Positions 58,650 to 64,000 of a DNA stretch of 64,000 bases are shown in pieces; within the stretch, counting starts at the first letter, position 1, and the number at the start of each line of letters is the position of its first letter. Position numbers and translations under genes: made by a program. The notes beneath the pieces were generated by a model. The model was given only the letters and a program-made list of their open reading frames with translations. It had not been told where the DNA came from and searched no databases. Source of the stretch: Croceimicrobium sp. (GTDB taxonomy: Bacteria > Bacteroidota > Bacteroidia > Flavobacteriales > Schleiferiaceae); contig CBFHVV010000006.1 of assembly GCA_965658965.1 (NCBI GenBank), forward strand, positions 367-64,366, in the 5' to 3' direction.

Positions 58650-59048
58650 TTAAAACGGTAAATCGTCTTCGGCATCATCATTTAAAGGAGCCATAGTAGG
58701 TGCATTGCCAAAGCTACTGCTTGCGGCGGGCGACGCACCAGAATTCTCTGCAGAGTTAGATGGCGCAGGGCTGCTATTCATTCGGTCTATTTTCCAACCG
58801 TTTATGGTATTAAAGTATTTTACTTCCCCCTGTGGAGAAGTCCATTCCCTCCCGCGCAGGTTAATGCCGATATTAACTTTTTCACCTTCACGAAAGCCAT
58901 CCAAAAGGTCAGTCTTATCTTGTACGAATTCGATACTAATATGCTGAGGATACTGCTCCTCTGTGGTTACAACAATTTCTCTTTTTCTAAATTTAGCACT
59001 GATTTCTTGAGTGCTTCCAATCCGCTTTACAATTCCGGATACTTCCAT
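58650..59048 (-). CDS. DUF3127-like OB-fold protein with SSB-type acidic C-terminal tip
   Basis: N-terminal about 85 aa resembles DUF3127 (QYPQHISIEFVQDK...INLRGREW). A low-complexity S/A/P linker follows, and the C-terminus is ...NDDAEDDLPF. Confidence 0.6.
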   Translation of the reverse strand: MEVSGIVKRIGSTQEISAKFRKREIVVTTEEQYPQHISIEFVQDKTDLLDGFREGEKVNIGINLRGREWTSPQGEVKYFNTINGWKIDRMNSSPAPSNSAENSGASPAASSSFGNAPTMAPLNDDAEDDLPF

Positions 59049-59049
59049 C

Positions 59050-59952
59050 TTATATTCTATTTAATTTATCACACAATAAAGCTTTCCAAGCTTTAATTAC
59101 TTTGTTATTATCTAAAAGCTCTTTGGCGTATTGATGCAAGGCCTCTCGCGCTTCCATGCCGTCGCTAGAACTATTAAAAATTTCTTTGATTCTATAGTTT
59201 TCTGCAAATTCCTCTAATTCCTGCTGATTAGGTAACCTCTCGATATTCCCCAGTTTTCCTAAATCATTACCGTTTAAAAATACGCTGTTGCGGATGCGAG
59301 GTGGAATTTGATCAATACCTATACCTTTAGTTAGAATCGGTTTTTCAACTTCAAATAAAGCGTCGCCACTGGCACGACAGTACCAATCGCCCCCCATACG
59401 AGCAACTAAATCTAATTTGGTGCTATCGGTAATCCCCTTATCATTAAACATATCTTCGTCAACATGCATCCGCAGTACTTCACACATAATGAGGTTACCA
59501 GCACCCCCTTCATCTCCAAGAGCAACTATGTCGGTTACTTTACATTCAAATTGCACCGGTGATTCTTTTACACGGAAAGGAGCAACAAGATCAGATTCAA
59601 TGGGAGTTAGGCCTGCTTTTATAAATTCATTGGTGCCCGTTTCATATTCGGTAGATGCCAGAGACATTTGTTGTACAATATCAAAGTTAACGACATTGAT
59701 AACTACTTCACGGGTAGACTCGGCGTTGTGCAAAGTGTCTTTGGTAGTATTATTGCGAACCCGTCTTGCAGGAGAAAAAATTAAAACTGGCGGGTTAGAG
59801 CTGAAAACATTGAAATAGCTGAAGGGACTTAAATTTGCATTTCCTTCAGAATCAATTGTGCTAGCAAAAGCTATGGGGCGTGGGCCAACTGCCGCAAGCA
59901 AATGCCCGTGGGCCTCTTTACTTGGAAGTTCCTTTAAATCGAATGATTTCAT
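59050..59952 (-). CDS. Flavin reductase-family protein with C-terminal extension
   Basis: PRPIAFASTIDSEGNANLSPFSYFN (FMN-binding split barrel). Confidence 0.7.
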   Translation of the reverse strand: MKSFDLKELPSKEAHGHLLAAVGPRPIAFASTIDSEGNANLSPFSYFNVFSSNPPVLIFSPARRVRNNTTKDTLHNAESTREVVINVVNFDIVQQMSLASTEYETGTNEFIKAGLTPIESDLVAPFRVKESPVQFECKVTDIVALGDEGGAGNLIMCEVLRMHVDEDMFNDKGITDSTKLDLVARMGGDWYCRASGDALFEVEKPILTKGIGIDQIPPRIRNSVFLNGNDLGKLGNIERLPNQQELEEFAENYRIKEIFNSSSDGMEAREALHQYAKELLDNNKVIKAWKALLCDKLNRI

Positions 59953-60041
59953 GTTTAAAATATGAGCAGCAAAACTAAGGAATTAGAGATGCTTTAGCGA
60001 CTAATAAGCGATTAGAAATTGATGGAAAAAAAGCAAGAAAT

Positions 60042-60080
60042 TTTGTAGCGGGTTTATTAAAAGCTGTATATTTGCCGCCC
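60042..60080 (+). promoter_or_regulatory. tRNA-Leu promoter (-33 TTTG, -7 TATATTTG, GC-rich discriminator)
   Basis: TTTG at 60042-60045, a 21-nt spacer, then TATATTTGCCGCCC at 60067-60080. The tRNA starts at 60089. Confidence 0.6.
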
Positions 60081-60088
60081 TAATCAAC

Positions 60089-60170
60089 GCAGGCGTGGTG
60101 GAATTGGTAGACACGCTAGACTTAGGATCTAGTGCCGCGAGGTGTGAGAGTTCGAGTCTCTCCGCCTGCA
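60089..60170 (+). tRNA. tRNA-Leu (anticodon TAG)
   Basis: GCAGGCGTGGTGGAATTGGTAGACACGCTAGACTTAGGATCTAGTGCCGCGAGGTGTGAGAGTTCGAGTCTCTCCGCCTGCA. It is a class II tRNA with a long variable arm. CCA is not encoded. Confidence 0.92.
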
Positions 60171-60180
60171 CAAAACAAAA

Positions 60181-60207
60181 CCCTCTGATTTTTCGGAGGG
60201 TTTTTTT
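60181..60207 (+). terminator. Intrinsic terminator after tRNA-Leu
   Basis: CCCTCtgatttttcgGAGGGttttttt. Confidence 0.75.
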
Positions 60208-60236
60208 ATGCCTATCCTTTTAGTGACGTGATTCTG

Positions 60237-60288
60237 GATCATGCGCATTTGTGATCATGCGCAAATGTTGGATCATGCGCAAATGTTG
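60237..60288 (+). repeat. Three tandem 16-18-nt iterons (gatcatgcgcaaatgttg)
   Basis: 60237-60252 gatcatgcgcatttgt. 60253-60270 and 60271-60288 are both gatcatgcgcaaatgttg. The third unit overlaps the start of the inverted-repeat copy. Confidence 0.85.
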
Positions 60289-60326
60289 TGTATCAAGCAA
60301 ATATTTGAGTTAAGCGAAATAGGAAA
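60275..60326. repeat. Inverted-repeat copy B (partner at 15782-15833)
   Basis: See copy A: 45/45 perfect and 51/52 when extended. Confidence 0.9.
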
Positions 60327-60597
60327 TGCAGGCCGCTTGCCTTTAGAGTGGAGAGGACTGAGGCTTAAAGAAATTTAACTACGATTATAATCAAGGAAAA
60401 TTAAGCCTAGCTAAAGTTTGTACACGAGGCTATTAGTGTCAAAGCCACTTGTTTTTAAGTTCTCGAGAAATACGCTTACTAAGCAACCCTGGCCCCTTTC
60501 AGAGTTTTGGCTCAGGAAGTCGCTAGTTGCCACACAGGCTAGTGCACAGCTTGAAAATAAGGAACACTAGCAAGGAGATAGTAATTTCACTAGTAGG

Positions 60598-61389
60598 CTA
60601 CTCGGCGAGTTTTAAGGTGATGGGCACAACAAAACTCATTCTTACATCTTTACCTCTTTGGCTAGCAGGTTGGATATAAGGAAGTGCGCTTATTACTCTA
60701 ATGGCTTCATCGTCAAGCCAAGGGTCTACCCCGCGTAATACTTCTACATTAGAAACCTGGCCATTTTTTTCAATAACAAATTGAACAATAACTCTTCCGT
60801 GAATTTTTAGTTGCCTAGCAGTTTCCGAATAGACAAAGTTCTCACCAACAAATTGTAATAATTTAGTCTGAAAGCATTCTTTTCGCTCTGCATTGTCTTT
60901 GGCACTTTCGCAACCAGGAAAAACTGGAACAGATTCTACCAAGGCAAAGGGAATGGGGTCTTCGAGTTCTTCTAGTACTTCGGCTTCTTCGGTAATAACC
61001 TCTATTGCGCCATCGCCTTCCACGTACCGAACATCCTTCTCACTTAAAAACTCATCTTCATCTGTTTCAGTGGCGCTCATGTCTAATTCCTCATCTACAA
61101 TAGCATTATCCTCTATAATGTCTAATTGGCTGGGTAGTTCTTTGGGAGGTGCGCTACTAGCTTTGGGTGGTTCACGCCTTGTAATGGGAATTACTATTTC
61201 ATCCCCATCAATAACTATAGTTTTTGGCGCTTCAATCTCATCGTCATAGAAGCGAATGTTGAAAACCCAGATTACCGCTAGAAGAGCTATGATAAGCCCA
61301 ATTAAGAAGAAATGGACCCGGTATTTCTCAATATCAATCTTTGGATTTTTCTTATTTATCATAACAGAGCTTATTAAGGTTGAGTGCAA
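60598..61389 (-). CDS. TonB-family energy transducer
   Basis: An N-terminal TM helix, an acidic/Pro-rich linker, and a C-terminal TonB domain (GRVIVQFVIEKNGQVSNVEVLRGVDPWLDDEAIRVISALP). Confidence 0.8.
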   Translation of the reverse strand: MHSTLISSVMINKKNPKIDIEKYRVHFFLIGLIIALLAVIWVFNIRFYDDEIEAPKTIVIDGDEIVIPITRREPPKASSAPPKELPSQLDIIEDNAIVDEELDMSATETDEDEFLSEKDVRYVEGDGAIEVITEEAEVLEELEDPIPFALVESVPVFPGCESAKDNAERKECFQTKLLQFVGENFVYSETARQLKIHGRVIVQFVIEKNGQVSNVEVLRGVDPWLDDEAIRVISALPYIQPASQRGKDVRMSFVVPITLKLAE

Positions 61390-61560
61390 AAAAAGTTCTT
61401 TCTGCTGAGACTTAGATGCAAAGGCTCACGCTAAAAGATTAGGTAAAGTTCTGATAAAAAAAGGAAATCGCTGAGTGATTAGCCTATTAAAAAGTCTAAG
61501 ATTGGTAGCTTTTTAATAGGCCTCACATTTCTAAAACCTTCGCTAAATAGGGGTTTGTAC

Positions 61561-64000
61561 TTATTTAATTAAGATCTTATCCTTAACAAATCCGTAATTA
61601 GTTTCCACAATAATTTGATAGAACCCTGGACTTAATCGGCTCGTATTTAAAGATTGCTTATTGTCATTGTTTAGCTCTTGTGAAAGAAGCATCTTACCTT
61701 GACTATCGTAAATTTTAGCATTTTGAAGCTCTAGATTAGGACTGGTATAATCGATGTGAATAAATTCTCGGGCAGGATTGGGGTAAATCCGTATACTCGC
61801 ATGCGCTTCAAATTCTTCAAGGCCAATTTGGTTTAAACGAAATTCTCGAGTGTCTTCACCACCACAATTATTGGTAACAGTTAGCTCTACTTTATACTGT
61901 AAACCTGGGGTGCTATAGATGTGGATAGGATTTATGCCCGTACCGGTATTACCATCTCCAAAGTCCCAGCTATAATTGCTTCCATTGGTACTCAAACTCG
62001 CGTCAAATTGAATTCTTAATCCTGCATTTATTGGGCTAAGTATTGTATAGGTCCAGTCGGCAACCGGTGGCAAACAACCAGGTATATTTCGGGTATTTCT
62101 TACAGTATCCCCACAGGCGTTCCAGCTGGTAAGGGTTACTGATTTAGAGTTAGCATCATTATATTTAACACCCACACTATCTCCAGTGGCGGTAAAACCA
62201 TCGTCAAGGTCCCAGCTATAGCCGCTGGCATTATTACCTGGGTCAGCATAAAAACGGGTAGAGTCGTTTGCAAAACTATTTGTGAAGTTTGCTCGTAGGG
62301 TATCGCAAATAGTAATATTACTTATTAAAGTATCAATATTACCACAATCATTCACTGCAATCAGGGTAATGGTATAAACTCCTGCGGCAGGAAAACTATA
62401 GCTTGGGTTAGTTGCAAAGCTACTATCAAGTGCACCAAATTGCCAAAAAAGAGAATCGGCATTGGTCGACGTTGAGGTGAAACTCCTTCTTAAAAATCTG
62501 CCGTTGAAACTAAAACCGGCTGTTACCGTATCACATATAAGTGTGGATAATGTGTCGATTAAGGAGTTGCTGGCTAGGGCTCCACAACTGTCAAAAATTT
62601 CAATAACATAATCTGTACTGGCATTCAAGTTATTGAGTGTGTATGGGCTAGTCACATTATTAACTGTGGTAGCAGCAGAAGGCCCAGCTGATGCAGGATA
62701 CCATCTTAAATTAGTTACGGCGCCAATATTGGTACTCAACCAATTAAAGTCAAGGCTGTTGTAGGTGGCAGAGCTTAAATTTAGGTTTATGGGGGCACCG
62801 CAATTCGGACCTAAGTTTTCTATGCGCATATCGTCTATCGAAATGTCTCCTCTAAAGCCTTGCGCGGTTCCTCTAAAGATAACACTGATTGTATCACCAA
62901 TATAGCTGCTTAAATCTACGGAATCTTCGAGCCAAGCATCTGTTTTACTGGTTTGTTGCTGACCAGTTATGGTCTTAATAGTAATGTTATTACCATTATT
63001 TTGGGTATTGAGCCTGACCTGTAAATCTCCGATATCACTACCAAACATATGATACTTGAAATATAAGTAAGGATTACTAGAGTTGATTATTGCAATTTGG
63101 GGGCTAGTGATAGTAGCGGTTGTAGTACTAGAACCAAACTGACTATTGCAATTAATAAATTTCCCTCCACCTCCAGCATCTACGGTAGGCCCATTGCCAA
63201 AAATGATATTGGTTATCAGGGTCCCCCAGCGATTAAGGTTTGTATTGCTGGGCCTACTCCAACAATTGTTTATCTGGTCATTGAAATTATTTCCACCTAT
63301 GCCTTCTACCCAAGTGGCATTATCAAAATTTTCTAGGTACGGAATGGTGCTAACACCGCAGGCGGTTTGGCCAGCAATTGGCGCTGTCCAGAGGCTTACA
63401 TCAGCAGCCCCACAAGAGTCTCTCACAAATATGTCATAGCTGGTGGATGGGTTTAAGCCATTCAGAGTAAAGGGATTACTTGGGGCGCTTACCAAAGTAT
63501 AAGGCGCGGTACTTCCTGTTGGGCGGTATTGGATTTGCCAATTAGTAGCGCCGCCTGTTGTCCAGCTTATATTAATAGAGGTGGTTGTGGATGAGTTTAC
63601 ACTGAGATTAGAAGGTCTAGGACAAGTTGGTGCATTGTCAATCCTTACATCATCTATCGCAGACTGGGCCAAAAAGGCGAAAGCGTTATTGCGGAAGAAT
63701 CGAAAACGTACACTTATCGTATCATTTGCATATGCACTTAGACTTACAACTCTTTCTAACCAAGCCGCTGTTTGAGAAGTTTGTTGTTGTCCTGTTATTG
63801 TATTAATGGTTGTGAAGGCTCCGCCAGTAGAAACGGCTACCTCCAATTTATCTATATCTGTGCCATGCATGTGATACCAAAAACGTAGTTCTGGACTGGT
63901 GAGACTTGATATATCAACTTGAGGGCTTATTGTTTCTGAAAAAAGAGCTCCATTTCCAAACCCTTGTCTTTGGCTTGAAAGGTATTTCCCACTGCCAGTA
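61561..64000 (-). CDS. Large T9SS-secreted multidomain protein (MAM-like, FN3-like, PKD repeats; N-terminus outside the window)
   Basis: The track starts at an internal Met (63870). My translation stays open upstream to nt 64000 (TGSGKYLSSQRQGFGNGALFSETISPQVDISSLTSPELRFWYHMHG...). Repeated L.F.YHM.G...G.L.V MAM-like motifs, the PKD motif WDFGDG, and the C-terminal sequence IRIYPNPAREFIHID...GFYQIIVETNYGFVKDKILIK. Confidence 0.8.
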   Translation of the reverse strand, partial: TGSGKYLSSQRQGFGNGALFSETISPQVDISSLTSPELRFWYHMHGTDIDKLEVAVSTGGAFTTINTITGQQQTSQTAAWLERVVSLSAYANDTISVRFRFFRNNAFAFLAQSAIDDVRIDNAPTCPRPSNLSVNSSTTTSINISWTTGGATNWQIQYRPTGSTAPYTLVSAPSNPFTLNGLNPSTSYDIFVRDSCGAADVSLWTAPIAGQTACGVSTIPYLENFDNATWVEGIGGNNFNDQINNCWSRPSNTNLNRWGTLITNIIFGNGPTVDAGGGGKFINCNSQFGSSTTTATITSPQIAIINSSNPYLYFKYHMFGSDIGDLQVRLNTQNNGNNITIKTITGQQQTSKTDAWLEDSVDLSSYIGDTISVIFRGTAQGFRGDISIDDMRIENLGPNCGAPINLNLSSATYNSLDFNWLSTNIGAVTNLRWYPASAGPSAATTVNNVTSPYTLNNLNASTDYVIEIFDSCGALASNSLIDTLSTLICDTVTAGFSFNGRFLRRSFTSTSTNADSLFWQFGALDSSFATNPSYSFPAAGVYTITLIAVNDCGNIDTLISNITICDTLRANFTNSFANDSTRFYADPGNNASGYSWDLDDGFTATGDSVGVKYNDANSKSVTLTSWNACGDTVRNTRNIPGCLPPVADWTYTILSPINAGLRIQFDASLSTNGSNYSWDFGDGNTGTGINPIHIYSTPGLQYKVELTVTNNCGGEDTREFRLNQIGLEEFEAHASIRIYPNPAREFIHIDYTSPNLELQNAKIYDSQGKMLLSQELNNDNKQSLNTSRLSPGFYQIIVETNYGFVKDKILIK

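Noticed and set aside
61482-61521. A perfect 13-bp inverted repeat (gcctattaaaaag-N14-ctttttaataggc) downstream of the T9SS cargo gene.
   Set aside because: The stem is AT-rich with no U-run after it on the relevant strand. It may be a weak terminator or a protein site, but there is no further support.

Overview
This window reads as a densely coding chromosomal segment of a Bacteroidota (Flavobacteriia-like) genome. The phylum call rests on four proteins with T9SS C-terminal sorting domains, five TonB-dependent receptors (several with carboxypeptidase-regulatory-like N-domains), a PorV/PorQ-like barrel, and TTG-N19-21-TAnnTTTG promoter boxes in front of tRNAs and ahcY. Most genes are housekeeping: ahcY, glsA, era, ribF, atpDC, greA, ruvC, aat, a Ctp protease, tRNA-fMet and tRNA-Leu. 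I see no CRISPR array, IS element, integrase, phage genes or recognisable defence genes. Five loci are not ordinary. (1) At 26.4-27.35 kb a tandem array of two intact 84-aa GIY-YIG genes abuts the initiator tRNA. Each gene is followed by a decayed 3' two-thirds copy of that tRNA plus its terminator. This is my best candidate for an undescribed minimal tRNA-targeting element. (2) At 36.5-45.3 kb lies a three-gene outer-membrane module: an Oar-like 1227-aa TonB-dependent barrel, a 1363-aa protein with a CTD-like end, and a PorV/PorQ-like barrel. (3) At 16.4-26.1 kb a seven-gene minus-strand operon combines two HmuY-like proteins, a TBDR, a secreted ankyrin protein, DUF2271 and a PepSY_TM-flavodoxin-FNR fusion reductase. 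(4) At 1.9-7.4 kb a TPP riboswitch controls a TBDR plus a THI5/NMT1-like lipoprotein, facing a translationally coupled GGGPS-YkoF-PnuC-NadR-like operon. (5) A 45-bp perfect inverted repeat pair sits 44.4 kb apart (15.8 and 60.3 kb). The second copy is fused to three tandem 16-18-nt iterons next to tRNA-Leu, and there is a degenerate third copy at 26.2 kb. All calls come from reading the sequence and the ORF track and from remembered family motifs. No database search was run, and RNA and repeat coordinates may be off by a few nt.
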